Assembly: GCA_963663405.2 (NCBI GenBank)
Contig: CAXXSM010000092.1
Span: 32,001 to 96,000 of the forward strand
DNA: 64,000 nt
Source: a bacterium
GTDB taxonomy: Bacteria; Hinthialibacterota; Hinthialibacteria; Hinthialibacterales; Hinthialibacteraceae
Reading direction: 5' to 3'
Part shown: positions 54,004-64,000 of the stretch, piece by piece
Position numbering within the stretch: position 1 is the first letter of the stretch
How the letters are laid out: the number at the start of each line of letters is the position of its first letter
Position numbers and translations under genes: made by a program
Notes under the pieces: model-generated
Database searches by the model: none
Told to the model about the DNA's origin: nothing
What the model saw: only the letters and a program-made list of their open reading frames with translations

Positions 54004-55331
54004 TCAATTCCCTCTACGCTTCCGGGTGTGATTTGCTGAAGAAGATCAAAAAAGTTTGGAAACGACGTCGATATAGGCGCGGTTCCCCGGACGATTGTTT
54101 CTCCTCGCGCCGCTAATCCGCAGACGGTGAGTGACATCGCGATCCGGTGATCGCCGCGCGAAGAACCAGCGCAGCCGCGTGGGGCCGCGTTTCCTGCAAC
54201 GGTGAATCCATCCTCCCGCTCACTCATCTCGATACCGAATCGTCCGAATTCTTCAACAATCGCGGAGATGCGGTCTGACTCTTTAACACGCAGTTCATGC
54301 GCCTCTTCGACGGTGGAGGGGGAGGATGCAAAGGCCGCCGCGACGGCGAAAATGGGGAACTCATCGATCATTCGGACCACCCGGTCTCCCACGACGCGCA
54401 CTCCTTGGAGCGGGGCGTATCGCACGCGAAGATCGGCGACAGGTTCGGCGCCGTAGGCGCGTTCGTTTTCAAGCGTAATATCGGCGCCCATGTCACATAA
54501 CACATCGAGAATTCCGGTTCGTGTGGGATTGACGCCGACGTCTTGAATGACCAATTCCGAATCAGGAACAATGGACGCCGCGACGAGAAAAAAGGCGGCG
54601 GAAGAGATATCGCCGGGAACGTTGACATCACAGCCTTTAAGTTCCTGCCCACCCCGCAGGGCGCAGCGGCGGTCTTCCCGGTCTAGTGTGGCGCCGAATG
54701 TTTCCAACATGCGTTCGGTATGATCGCGTGAAGGCCCAGGTTCCCGCACGGCGGTTTCACCGTCCGCGAACAGGCCGGCTAGGAGGATGGCGGATTTGAC
54801 CTGCGCGCTCGCGACCGGGGATTCGTACTCAAAACCAGTAAGCGAACCGCCTCGGACTGTCAGTGGGAGTTTCTCGTTATTCTCACGGCCGATGAATTGC
54901 GCGCCCATCCGGGCCAAGGGTTCCGTCACACGCCGCATAGGGCGGCTCCGGAGGGATTCATCTCCAGTTAATGTGGAGGCGAAAGGCTGCCCGGCGAGCA
55001 CACCCAGCAAAAGCCGCGCGCCTGTGCCGGAATTGCCCATGTCAAGCACATCATCCGGTTCGCGCAGGCCCCGCAATCCGGCGCCATCGATCCGGATCGT
55101 GTGCCCCACGCGTTCCGAATGAATTCCCATCTGTTGAAACGCGCGCAATGTTGCCACACAGTCTCCACTTTCAAGAAAACCCTCGATCGTTGACGCGCCA
55201 TTCGCGAGCGAGGCCAGCATCACCGCGCGGTGGGAGATAGATTTATCACCCGGAGCTTGGATAGTACCTTTCAAAGGACCAGCGGGGGTGATTTTGTAGG
55301 CGCCTTGGGAGAGTGATGTATCAGTTGTCAT
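54000..55331 (-). CDS. aroA: EPSP synthase
   Basis: PGDKSISHRA, GNSGTG, ASAQVKSA, ELRVKESDRI and DHRIAM. Confidence 0.97.
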   Translation of the reverse strand: MTTDTSLSQGAYKITPAGPLKGTIQAPGDKSISHRAVMLASLANGASTIEGFLESGDCVATLRAFQQMGIHSERVGHTIRIDGAGLRGLREPDDVLDMGNSGTGARLLLGVLAGQPFASTLTGDESLRSRPMRRVTEPLARMGAQFIGRENNEKLPLTVRGGSLTGFEYESPVASAQVKSAILLAGLFADGETAVREPGPSRDHTERMLETFGATLDREDRRCALRGGQELKGCDVNVPGDISSAAFFLVAASIVPDSELVIQDVGVNPTRTGILDVLCDMGADITLENERAYGAEPVADLRVRYAPLQGVRVVGDRVVRMIDEFPIFAVAAAFASSPSTVEEAHELRVKESDRISAIVEEFGRFGIEMSEREDGFTVAGNAAPRGCAGSSRGDHRIAMSLTVCGLAARGETIVRGTAPISTSFPNFFDLLQQITPGSVEGIE

Positions 55332-55350
55332 TTACCTTCAATCCACACAT

Positions 55351-55723
55351 TCATTTCTTTCGGAACAATCGTTTGAACTCAAGTTTAGTGCTTCCAAAAT
55401 TGATCAGAAGCCCAATGTCTAGATCAAAGGCCGTCAGGTAATTTAAACCTTGAGCAAGATGGACATCTTGCAACTGAGTCAAAGCCTTGAGCTCCACCAG
55501 CACACGATTTTCAACCAAGAAATCCACTCACCGAGTTCCAATTTCCTGTCCTTTATAAAAAAATCGACATTTCTTGTTCCCTGATAAATTCAATACAGCA
55601 TTCTCTCATCTCTATTTCTAGCGCTCTTTGATAAATTACTTCCTGGAATCCATTACCCAAAATGTTATGTACATTCATTGCACACCCAATAATTTGCCGT
55701 GTTAATGGATCATCGATAGTCAT
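55351..55723 (-). pseudogene. GxxExxY protein (PD-(D/E)xK-like), disrupted, absent from the ORF track
   Basis: IIGCAMNVHNILGNGFQEVIYQRAL...GTR*VDFLVE..VLVELKA...GLLINFG. It has a +1 base in a 7-nt run (~55557-55563) and an in-frame TGA. Confidence 0.88.
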
Positions 55724-55759
55724 TGTTTTCTCGTTTGATTCTGTTGGTCAGGTTTTTTT

Positions 55760-56025
55760 TGTCAGAATCTGGATTGTCAGGATTTACAGGATGGACAGGA
55801 TAAAAACATCTCAAATTATATACTGAGTTCTTCTATTCAGATAATCCGGATTTTGATAGTTCCTTAATTAAATCAGGATAAATAGGATCCATAGGATTAT
55901 TAGAATAATAAGTATGATATAATACTTTTTTACTCTTACTAATGTATAGACAGGTTTTAATGAGTAGTAAATTGTGATAAAAAATCCTGAATATCCTATT
56001 AATCCTGACCATCCAGATTCAGACA
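55760..56025. repeat. ~43-bp imperfect inverted repeats built from ~9-bp CAGGAT units
   Basis: TGTCAGAATCTGGATTGTCAGGATT... (55760-55803) and ...AATCCTGACCATCCAGATTCAGACA (55982-56025). Confidence 0.75.
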
Positions 56026-56217
56026 ATCCTAACTCGGTTATCACCAAACAGCCTCAATCTTTAAAAAAACAAAATAATATTGAGCCTAGCAGGCCCAGCC
56101 GAAAAACCAAAGAAGCAGAATTCCAATCCTCCAATTTTTCTCCTAGGCGACACGGTTGGAATCCCGTATAATTGAATTGCAAAATAGAAAGAATTCATAA
56201 AAAAGGGGAGAAATATT

Positions 56218-56841
56218 ATGCAGAACAATCATAAGGGGTTTACTTTGATCGAATTGCTTATTGTCGTCGCGATTATCGGGATTCTCGCCGCGATCGCCGT
56301 GCCAAATTTCCTGAACGCTCAAACACGGGCGAAAATTGCGCGGGCGGAATCGGATATGCGGAACCTGAAAGTCGCGATCGACTCGTACCAGATCGATAAC
56401 AATCAGTATCCAACCGCGCGCTACAATCCTGTGACCGGTGAGAGCGGCCAGATTGCGCTTAGACACCGTTTGTACATGCTAACGACACCGGTATCCTACA
56501 TGAGCAGCATTCCGAGTGATCCCTTCTGGAGCCAACTGAGTGAATATGATCCCGAATTCTTTGACACGTATGATTACTTTGATAATTGGTCCGGCGTGAA
56601 TTACGACAACAGCGAAGCGGGATCGGGCACACGGGGTCACAGTTATCGCCTGGCCAGCGCCGGTCCGGATAACATCATGTGTTGGGGAAGCCCGGCGGCG
56701 TCCAACGCGGGTCATACGGGAATCGATTTCCATACGAGCAATGGATTAACTTCGGATGGAGATATCGTCACTGTGGGCGGGACCATTGTGAATTCGCGGT
56801 GGGTGGTGGAATATCCACTGACGGCGTATCCACGGTTTTAG
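56218..56841 (+). CDS. Prepilin-type N-terminal cleavage protein (GspG-like)
   Basis: GFTLIELLIVVAIIGILAAIAVPNF, YRLASAGPD and SNGLTSDGDI. Confidence 0.92.
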   Translation: MQNNHKGFTLIELLIVVAIIGILAAIAVPNFLNAQTRAKIARAESDMRNLKVAIDSYQIDNNQYPTARYNPVTGESGQIALRHRLYMLTTPVSYMSSIPSDPFWSQLSEYDPEFFDTYDYFDNWSGVNYDNSEAGSGTRGHSYRLASAGPDNIMCWGSPAASNAGHTGIDFHTSNGLTSDGDIVTVGGTIVNSRWVVEYPLTAYPRF

Positions 56842-56945
56842 AGCGTAAAAACATCTTTCCCATCCAACCTATTCCCCTCTAACAATACATGATAAAGTAA
56901 CACATCACAATCAACAATCATCCTCTACAAAAACAGGAGTTATCA

Positions 56946-58325
56946 ATGAAGGCAATTCTTCATATTATTACATTTGCTCTACTCACAATCCCGTTTTGTT
57001 TCGCAGACGACGCCGAACAAAAACCAATTGATCCCCGCGTTGAAATAGAGGAAGAAGTCTATACATATGAACCGGCGGACAATGGAGCCGGGCCGATGTG
57101 GTGTCATGGGAACACCTCGATCGTTCGCATGGGGGATGAGGTATACGCCAGCGGGCTTGAAACCATTCCCGGCGCCAAACCGCTGAATAACTGCCTGCCC
57201 CTTCTGTTCCGCCGAACGGATGAAGGCTGGAAACAGATCTACAAAGGCGAGGGACGCACGCGGGAACCTTCCCCTATGACGATGTTCCATGATGGACGAG
57301 TTTTCCAATCGATCAATCCAACCCTGTCCAAACCGGAGGAGTATGACGGCCTTGCGAAACCGCAGATCCTCGTTTTCTCGCATAGTTCCGAACAATACAA
57401 AACACTCACACCCATCTGGGAAGGTACCCCCTCTTTTTCTGGACACTCGTATCGAAGTTTCGTGGCGGATGGAGCCGATGGAGAACTGATTCTCTTCCAA
57501 AATATCGGCTACGCCCATGCGGAATGGTCTTTCCTCGACAAGAAAGGGAACTGGTCCGCGCAAGGGAAAATTAAATGGCCGTTTGAAGAGAAATACGATA
57601 AACCTCAGCCTGTCCGTATCTGTTACCCTAACGTCATGTTAAAAGACCGCGCGGTACATTTTTGTGGCGTTAGCGATATTGTCGAACCGTATCAAGTTTG
57701 GCAAGAATTCAAATTTGAATTGACGGGCCGGAAATGGGATTACGATTTCCGGCGGCTGTTCTACACGTGGAGCGATGATATTACAAAAGAAGGATTTCAC
57801 GAATGGGTTGAGATCGCCAGCCGGGATAAAACCTGTGGGTGGATCTCTCCAAGAGATCTACACGTGTTGGATTCGGGCGATGTCCTGATTCTATGGAGCG
57901 AACGCGCGCTTGATGAACGGCTGCGCGAGAAATTCTTCCCCAACGAGAAACAACGGTATTCCCTAGAGTTCGCCGTCATCCGCAAGGGTAAAGTAATTCT
58001 GCGCAAAACACTCATCGAGGGAGGCGAAGACCTGGGTGGGGCGCGTCCTGGAGACGCCTGTTTTCATGTTCTGGAAGATGGCCGCCTGTTCATTTTCTAT
58101 TATCTCAGCGGAACTGACGCCGAAGGGAAATCTATCGCCGGGAATCGCTTGATGGAAATTTCTCCCGATGGGAAAACCGGAAAATCCATCCCCGTTAAGT
58201 TACAGACTCCGTTCGGTTCCTTCTTCACCGCCACTATTCGCGCTGGATGTAAACCTTCCTCTATAATCGATGTCTTTGGCTCCTCGAACCAGACAATGCG
58301 CTACGCACGGATTCGGCTATATTGA
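56946..58325 (+). CDS. Secreted hypothetical protein (possible beta-propeller)
   Basis: Signal peptide, 459 aa and an AGGAG RBS. No family recognised. Confidence 0.7.
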   Translation: MKAILHIITFALLTIPFCFADDAEQKPIDPRVEIEEEVYTYEPADNGAGPMWCHGNTSIVRMGDEVYASGLETIPGAKPLNNCLPLLFRRTDEGWKQIYKGEGRTREPSPMTMFHDGRVFQSINPTLSKPEEYDGLAKPQILVFSHSSEQYKTLTPIWEGTPSFSGHSYRSFVADGADGELILFQNIGYAHAEWSFLDKKGNWSAQGKIKWPFEEKYDKPQPVRICYPNVMLKDRAVHFCGVSDIVEPYQVWQEFKFELTGRKWDYDFRRLFYTWSDDITKEGFHEWVEIASRDKTCGWISPRDLHVLDSGDVLILWSERALDERLREKFFPNEKQRYSLEFAVIRKGKVILRKTLIEGGEDLGGARPGDACFHVLEDGRLFIFYYLSGTDAEGKSIAGNRLMEISPDGKTGKSIPVKLQTPFGSFFTATIRAGCKPSSIIDVFGSSNQTMRYARIRLY

Positions 58326-58350
58326 TAAAAAATTCAATTAACTCGATCCT

Positions 58351-60342
58351 TTACTTATAGAATTCATACGTTTTCATAGAGGAAGTCTGTAGTAAATCCG
58401 AAAGACGCCATAGCCGGATTGTGTCATCCGCGCCTGAGGTAAGGATGGTTTTCCCATCCGGTGAGAACTCGGCGGATTCAATCTCATATTGATGATTTCC
58501 TTCAAAGGAGAATATTTGCTCCCCACTGAATGTGTCCCATAGATAAATTATTTTTTTTGGACTGGCGGTGAGCAGGTAACGATTATTGGGAGATAAAGAG
58601 ATGAGATAATAAGAATTGATATAATCAACCAGTTTGTCCCCCGTTTCCACATCCCACAACGACGCCTCATGATCGCTGGTACTCATCACCAAGTATTTTC
58701 CATCTTTTGAAAATTCCGCGGCCAAGATCTCACTATTGCTACCAGAGAATATATGGATTACATCCCCTGTTTCCGCGTCCCATAAAATCGCGTTCATTCG
58801 TGATTCATCTAATGTAAGAACCTTCGTTTCATCTGGAGAGAAGGTGGCCACACGGGAGACAGAATCGAGTTTACTGCGCAATGGACTGACCTTCGATCGT
58901 CCTGTATCCGTAGAGGAAGCGTTTGTTAAAGAATTCCCGCCGCCGCCCTCCGCTGGAGGGAGGAAGGAATGGATCTTTTCCCCTGTCGCGACATCCCAGA
59001 TGACTCCCAGTTCATTCACCTCCGTTCCGGCGCCCGTGAGTAATTTGGTCCCGTCACGCGTCACACAGGCGGAATAATCCATCCTATTCGGTAAGACATC
59101 CAGTGATAATAATAAATCACTGGTTTCCACATCCCAGAGACGGATTGTCATGGGATACCCGTTGGTGATTAAATACCGGCCATTGGCAGATAACGTAGTA
59201 AAATAAACCCACCCGTAAAATGGAGTGAAGGTTTTGACAACGGCGCCATTGTCTGTGTCGATTAAGTAAGCGCCTAAGTCGCTCCCTACGCAGATGTTTT
59301 TTCCATCCGGAGAAAAATGGGCGTTATAGAGATAATTAATCGAATTTCCATACGACAAAACCGGTTTTCCGGTTTCCAAATCCCACAGTTGTAAAAAGCC
59401 AAAATAACCAGCGATCATATGCCGGCCATCGCTCAGAATATACGTGTTCCCCCCCGGTTTTGGATTGTATTTTGTCTCTGTGGTTTCTCCTGTTTCTGGA
59501 TCGATATATTCAATGATTCCCGGCTCACAGGCCTCCTTCATACACCAGGAATTGAAGATAATTTGGGAGCCATCGGCGCTGAATCGATACGATCCGGATT
59601 TTTCCCAAAGGTGAACCAGGTTTCCGGTTAAAGTTTCCCACAAACGGCCGTATCCAATGCCTGTAACGGTCAGTAGATAATCTCCATCGGGTGAAAATTC
59701 GACTTCATCTACATTCATGTCATGAAGGTAAGTAACAAGTTTTTCCCCATTCTCAATGTTCCATAAATCCGCCGTCATCGCTTTGGCGCCAATCGCGACG
59801 TACTTCATATCCGGTGAAAAGATAGCGTCAGTGGTCGTTCCTTTATAATCTCCAAAAGAACGCACGAACGCGCCGGTTTCCAAGTTCCACTGTTCCGCTG
59901 TGAAGAGTTCGGTGGAGGAAACGTATCTGCATATCAGCGTGTATTTGCCATCGGGGGATATACTTAATCCGTCGGAAGAGTTCAAACTGCAATCAAAGGA
60001 TACAATTTCTCGTCCTGATTCAATGTCCCAAAGAACACTGTAATTCCCTGAGACAAGTAACTTCGATCCACCCGGTGAAAACGTCACACCCATAATCGTT
60101 TGATCTTCTTTGTAAAAATGGTGGATTTGTTCTCCGGTAAATGTATCCCACAAGAACACACCATAATCTCCACTTGTGGCGACCATACGCTCATCCAATG
60201 AGACGGCCGTCGAGTACCTGCCTCCATACGTCAGGATTGTTTCCCCCGAAGGCCCGGTTAACGTTTGTGACTGAGCGGATGGCAGCGCGCAGAGATGAAT
60301 GAGTAACGCAATGGTAAGGATGTAAGACTTGTGTGAGAACAT
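58351..60342 (-). CDS. Secreted WD40-repeat protein, paralog 1
   Basis: Signal peptide and many FSPDG...LWD repeats. Ends QTSSMKTYEFYK. Confidence 0.9.
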   Translation of the reverse strand: MFSHKSYILTIALLIHLCALPSAQSQTLTGPSGETILTYGGRYSTAVSLDERMVATSGDYGVFLWDTFTGEQIHHFYKEDQTIMGVTFSPGGSKLLVSGNYSVLWDIESGREIVSFDCSLNSSDGLSISPDGKYTLICRYVSSTELFTAEQWNLETGAFVRSFGDYKGTTTDAIFSPDMKYVAIGAKAMTADLWNIENGEKLVTYLHDMNVDEVEFSPDGDYLLTVTGIGYGRLWETLTGNLVHLWEKSGSYRFSADGSQIIFNSWCMKEACEPGIIEYIDPETGETTETKYNPKPGGNTYILSDGRHMIAGYFGFLQLWDLETGKPVLSYGNSINYLYNAHFSPDGKNICVGSDLGAYLIDTDNGAVVKTFTPFYGWVYFTTLSANGRYLITNGYPMTIRLWDVETSDLLLSLDVLPNRMDYSACVTRDGTKLLTGAGTEVNELGVIWDVATGEKIHSFLPPAEGGGGNSLTNASSTDTGRSKVSPLRSKLDSVSRVATFSPDETKVLTLDESRMNAILWDAETGDVIHIFSGSNSEILAAEFSKDGKYLVMSTSDHEASLWDVETGDKLVDYINSYYLISLSPNNRYLLTASPKKIIYLWDTFSGEQIFSFEGNHQYEIESAEFSPDGKTILTSGADDTIRLWRLSDLLQTSSMKTYEFYK

Positions 60343-60410
60343 GATTAATCTCCCAACAATATTGGAATATAGAATGATGTTTCATTCTTTCATACCGCTT
60401 GCGCTCGTTG

Positions 60411-62450
60411 CTATGGATACAATTCAAACCCATCCGCGAATGATGTCTGAATCAAATCCGCAAAGCGCCATATCCGGATGGTGCCGTCCGAAGAGGCGGT
60501 AAGAATAGTGTCACCATCGGGTGAGAATTCGGCGGCGACAATCTGTTCACCATGGTTCCCATTAAAAGAGAAGAGTTTCTCCCCGCTGAATGTATCTAAA
60601 AGAGCGATTGGATTATTTCCACGGCCGTAATAATCCTTGGTGGCGGCGAGCAGGAAGCGGTTGTCTGGGGATAGTGAAACGTGATTGACGGTTGAGTATT
60701 TATATTGATCACGAATTAAAGCGACTGGGATCTGATTGAGATTATCCCCCGTTTCCACATCCCATATCTGAACGATGTGATCGTTGCCTCCTGTCACTAC
60801 ATATTGCCCATCCTTTGAAAATTCCGCGCACAAGATCTCTTGGCTGTGTCCAGTGAAAGTATGGATCACCTCTCCCGTCTCCACGTCCCACAAGATTGCG
60901 CTCATTCGAGACTTGTCTAAGGTAAGCGCTTTTGATTCATCCGGTGAGAACGTGGCGACGCGGGAAAGAGTGGGAGTATAGCTGCTAAGCGGCCGCGTTT
61001 TCGACAAAGATGAATCTGTGATGGAAACATTCATTGGAGAGTTCCCGCCTCCACCCTCTGCTGGAGCGAGAAAAGAATGAATCTTTTCCCCCGCCGCGAC
61101 ATCCCAGATGACGCCTAACTCATTTTCATCCGTCCCCGCGCCCGTAAGAAGTTTTGTTCCATCATGCGTTACACATGCAGAAATATCCTGCCTGGTCTGT
61201 ATAACATCTTGTGATAACAATAAATCACTGGTTTCCACATCCCAGAGACGGATGGTCGTGGGATTCCCATTGGTGATTAAAAACCGGCCATCAGCAGATA
61301 AAGAGGTGTAATACGCCGACTCGTTCAACGGGCTGAAAGTACGGACAACAGCGCCATTCTCCGTATCGATTAAATAGGCGCTGAAATCACTTCCCACACT
61401 GATGGTTTTTCCATCCGGTGAAAATTCAGCGTTATATATAGAATTGATCGAATTCCCATACGTTAAAACCGGTTCATTGGTTTCCAAGTTCCACAGTTGC
61501 AAGAATCCCCAATAGCCGCTTATCATATGCCGTCCATCGTTAAAAAAATGAGTGTTAATTCCCATTCCAGGAATGGTTTTCGATTCTATCGTTTCTCCGG
61601 TTTCTGGATCGATGGATTCGAAATACGCCGGTTCGCCTGTATCCACATTCCGCCTGGCGCTCAATTCGATCCGGCGCCCATCAGTACTATACCGATACGA
61701 ACCGGGCTTACTCCAGAGATGGATTAAGTCACCAGTAAAAGTATCCCATAGACGGCCATATCCATTTCCAGTAACCGTGAGCAGATGATTTCCATCTGGA
61801 GAAAATTCCACATAATCTACACTCATATCATGAATGTATGTAATGAGCTTTTCTCCATCTTCAACACTCCAGAGATCCGCCTTTGATATTTCTGTGCCAA
61901 TGGCGATGTATTTCATATCCGGCGAGAAAACCGCGTTAGTGGTCGTTCCTATATAATCTCCAAAGGAACGCACGAACGCGCCGGTTTCCAAGTTCCACTG
62001 TTCCGCTGTGAAGAGTTCGGTGGAGGAAACGTATCTGCATATCAGCGTATATTTGCCATCGGGGGATATACTTAATCCATCGGAAGAGTTCAAACTGCAA
62101 TCAAAGGATAAGAGTTCCTGTCCTGATTCGATGTCCCAAAGAACACTGTAATTCCCTGAGACAAGCAGCTTTGATCCATCCGGTGAAAACGCCACACCCA
62201 TAATCGTTTGGTCCTCTTTGTAAAAATGACGGATTTGTTCTCCGGTGAACGTATCCCACAAGAACACGCCATAATCTCCACTTGTCGCGGCCATACTCTC
62301 ATCCAATGAGACGGCCGCTGAATACCTGCCTCCATACGTTAGGATCGTTTCACCCGAAGGCCCGGTTAATGTTTGGGATTGAACGGATATCAACGAGCAA
62401 AGATAAATGAGTAACGCAATGGTAAGGATGTAAGACTTGTGTGAGAACAT
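60411..62450 (-). CDS. Secreted WD40-repeat protein, paralog 2
   Basis: N-terminus nearly identical to paralog 1. Ends QTSFADGFELYP. Confidence 0.9.
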   Translation of the reverse strand: MFSHKSYILTIALLIYLCSLISVQSQTLTGPSGETILTYGGRYSAAVSLDESMAATSGDYGVFLWDTFTGEQIRHFYKEDQTIMGVAFSPDGSKLLVSGNYSVLWDIESGQELLSFDCSLNSSDGLSISPDGKYTLICRYVSSTELFTAEQWNLETGAFVRSFGDYIGTTTNAVFSPDMKYIAIGTEISKADLWSVEDGEKLITYIHDMSVDYVEFSPDGNHLLTVTGNGYGRLWDTFTGDLIHLWSKPGSYRYSTDGRRIELSARRNVDTGEPAYFESIDPETGETIESKTIPGMGINTHFFNDGRHMISGYWGFLQLWNLETNEPVLTYGNSINSIYNAEFSPDGKTISVGSDFSAYLIDTENGAVVRTFSPLNESAYYTSLSADGRFLITNGNPTTIRLWDVETSDLLLSQDVIQTRQDISACVTHDGTKLLTGAGTDENELGVIWDVAAGEKIHSFLAPAEGGGGNSPMNVSITDSSLSKTRPLSSYTPTLSRVATFSPDESKALTLDKSRMSAILWDVETGEVIHTFTGHSQEILCAEFSKDGQYVVTGGNDHIVQIWDVETGDNLNQIPVALIRDQYKYSTVNHVSLSPDNRFLLAATKDYYGRGNNPIALLDTFSGEKLFSFNGNHGEQIVAAEFSPDGDTILTASSDGTIRIWRFADLIQTSFADGFELYP

Positions 62451-62518
62451 GATTAATCTCCCAACAATATTGGAATAGAGAATGATGTTTCATTCTTACA
62501 TGCCGCTTGCGCTCGTTA

Positions 62519-64000
62519 CTATGGATACAATTCAAATCCATCCGCGAATGATGTCTGAATCAAATCCGCAAGGCGCCATATCCGGATGGTGTTATCCAAA
62601 CCCGCTCCAGCAGTCAGGATTGATGTTCCATCGGGAGAAAAATCGGCGGCGGTGATTTGATAATCATGGTTTCCATTAAAAGAGAACAGTCTCTCTCCAC
62701 TGAATGTGTCCCATAGAATAATCGAGTAACCTCCTCGCAAGATCCCGGTTGAACTGGCGGTGAGTAAATAACGGTTGTCTGGGGATAAAGAGATTTGATT
62801 CATAGAGAAACTGTTATATTGAAGCCGGTAATTATATTGAGCGAGATTTTCCCCTGTTTCGACATTCCACAACCGGGCGATTCCAAACCGATCACCTGTC
62901 ACTGCGTATTGTCCATCTTTGGAAAATTCAGCGCTTAATATTGACTGTGCGTGACCTATGAAAGTATGTAGTACATCCCCCGTCTCCGCATCCCATAAGA
63001 TCGCGTTCATCCGTGACGCATCCAATGTAAGCGCTTTCGATTCATCGGGAGAGAATGTGGCCACACAGGAGAGAGTATCTGGATAAGTGCTTAAAAGGCG
63101 CGCCTTTGATGAAACCTCATCGAAAACGCTCGCTGGATAATTTCCACCGCCCTCATCTGAAGCGGGGAAAGAATGGATCTTTTCCCCCGTCGCGACATCC
63201 CAGATCACTCCCAATTCGTTCTCCTCTGTTCCCGCGCCTGTAAGAAGTTTTGTTCCATCACGCGTTACGCAAGCGGATATGTCTTCCCTTGCGCGCAGGA
63301 CATCCAGTGATAACAGTAAATCACTGGTCTCTACATCCCAGAGACGAATTGTCGTGGGGTAACCATTGGTTATCAAATACCGGCCATCAGCGGATAAAGA
63401 GGTAAAATAGGCCGACTCATAAAACGGCGCGAATGTGCGGACTACAGAACCATTATCCGCATCGATTATGTAGGCGCTGAAATCGCTCCCAACGCTGATG
63501 GTTTTTCCATCCGGAGAAAATTCGGCGTTATATAACGAATTGATCGAATTTCCATACGTCAAAACCAGTTCTTCCGTTTCCAAATCCCATAGTTGCAATA
63601 ATCCATCATAACCGCCGATCATATACCGTTCATCATTAATGAAAAAACAGTTACTTCCATATCCTGGGATGGTTTTTGTCTCTGTTACCTCTCCGGTATC
63701 TGGATCGAGATATTCGATTGACGCCGGTTCGCCCGTATCCACATTCCACCTGGAACTGTATACAATCCGGCTTCCATCAGAATTAAATCGATAGGAGCCC
63801 TTGTTAGGCCATTCATGGATTAAATCGCCGGACAATGTATCCCACAAATACCCCTTACTGCCGGAAATAGTCAGCAGCCGCGTTCCATCCGGAGAGAATT
63901 CTACTGAGCTCACACTCACAGGATGATTGTAAGAAACGAGTTTCTCTCCATCTTCAATCCTCCATAAATCCGTTTCTGAACGTTTCGCGCCAACTACTAC
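62519..64000 (-). CDS. WD40-repeat protein, paralog 3, 5' part outside the window
   Basis: Frame is open to base 64000. Ends QTSFADGFELYP. Confidence 0.88.
   Translation of the reverse strand, partial: VVVGAKRSETDLWRIEDGEKLVSYNHPVSVSSVEFSPDGTRLLTISGSKGYLWDTLSGDLIHEWPNKGSYRFNSDGSRIVYSSRWNVDTGEPASIEYLDPDTGEVTETKTIPGYGSNCFFINDERYMIGGYDGLLQLWDLETEELVLTYGNSINSLYNAEFSPDGKTISVGSDFSAYIIDADNGSVVRTFAPFYESAYFTSLSADGRYLITNGYPTTIRLWDVETSDLLLSLDVLRAREDISACVTRDGTKLLTGAGTEENELGVIWDVATGEKIHSFPASDEGGGNYPASVFDEVSSKARLLSTYPDTLSCVATFSPDESKALTLDASRMNAILWDAETGDVLHTFIGHAQSILSAEFSKDGQYAVTGDRFGIARLWNVETGENLAQYNYRLQYNSFSMNQISLSPDNRYLLTASSTGILRGGYSIILWDTFSGERLFSFNGNHDYQITAADFSPDGTSILTAGAGLDNTIRIWRLADLIQTSFADGFELYP

Noticed and set aside
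55528-55530. In-frame TGA in GxxExxY as selenocysteine
   Set aside because: It falls at an expected Arg (CGA to TGA), not a Cys position, and the gene is also frameshifted.
58351-64000. Diversity-generating retroelement explanation for WD40 variation
   Set aside because: No reverse transcriptase or template/variable repeat pair is present, and the differences include indels rather than adenine-only changes.

Overview
Bacterial chromosomal window, probably from an anaerobe. An uncultured lineage such as Ca. Hinthialibacterota/OLB16 is my inference from the protein styles and is not verified. No rRNA, tRNA or CRISPR array was seen. The core is a ~27-kb redox/nitrosative-stress neighbourhood (16.9-43.8 kb). 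It contains: (i) a minus-strand run ferredoxin-HD-hcp-small Cys protein-metY-metX-metW-cysM; (ii) a tetraheme cytochrome/FeS/NrfD/octaheme HAO-like module with divergent Rrf2 and ygbA-like genes; (iii) a long O2-defence run (small Cys protein, Prx, ferritin-like protein, Dfx, Rbr, FprA, rubredoxin, ZIP, ferritin, CydAB); (iv) a PAS kinase/sigma54 activator pair. Runs (i) and (iii) have the same upstream layout (sigma54 -24/-12 box, IHF site, TGTCTCA/TGAGACA half-site cluster), and each encodes one of two ~50%-identical small Cys proteins. Five proteins of three unrelated folds share a short aromatic C-terminal tail that looks like a sorting signal. Other features: a MITE with 23-bp TIRs and an 8-bp TSD, a three-copy structured intergenic repeat, a tandem WD40 array, two pilin-like genes, a GxxExxY pseudogene and housekeeping genes (aroA, cmk, acpS). 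About 14 frameshifts in 10 genes probably reflect long-read consensus errors.
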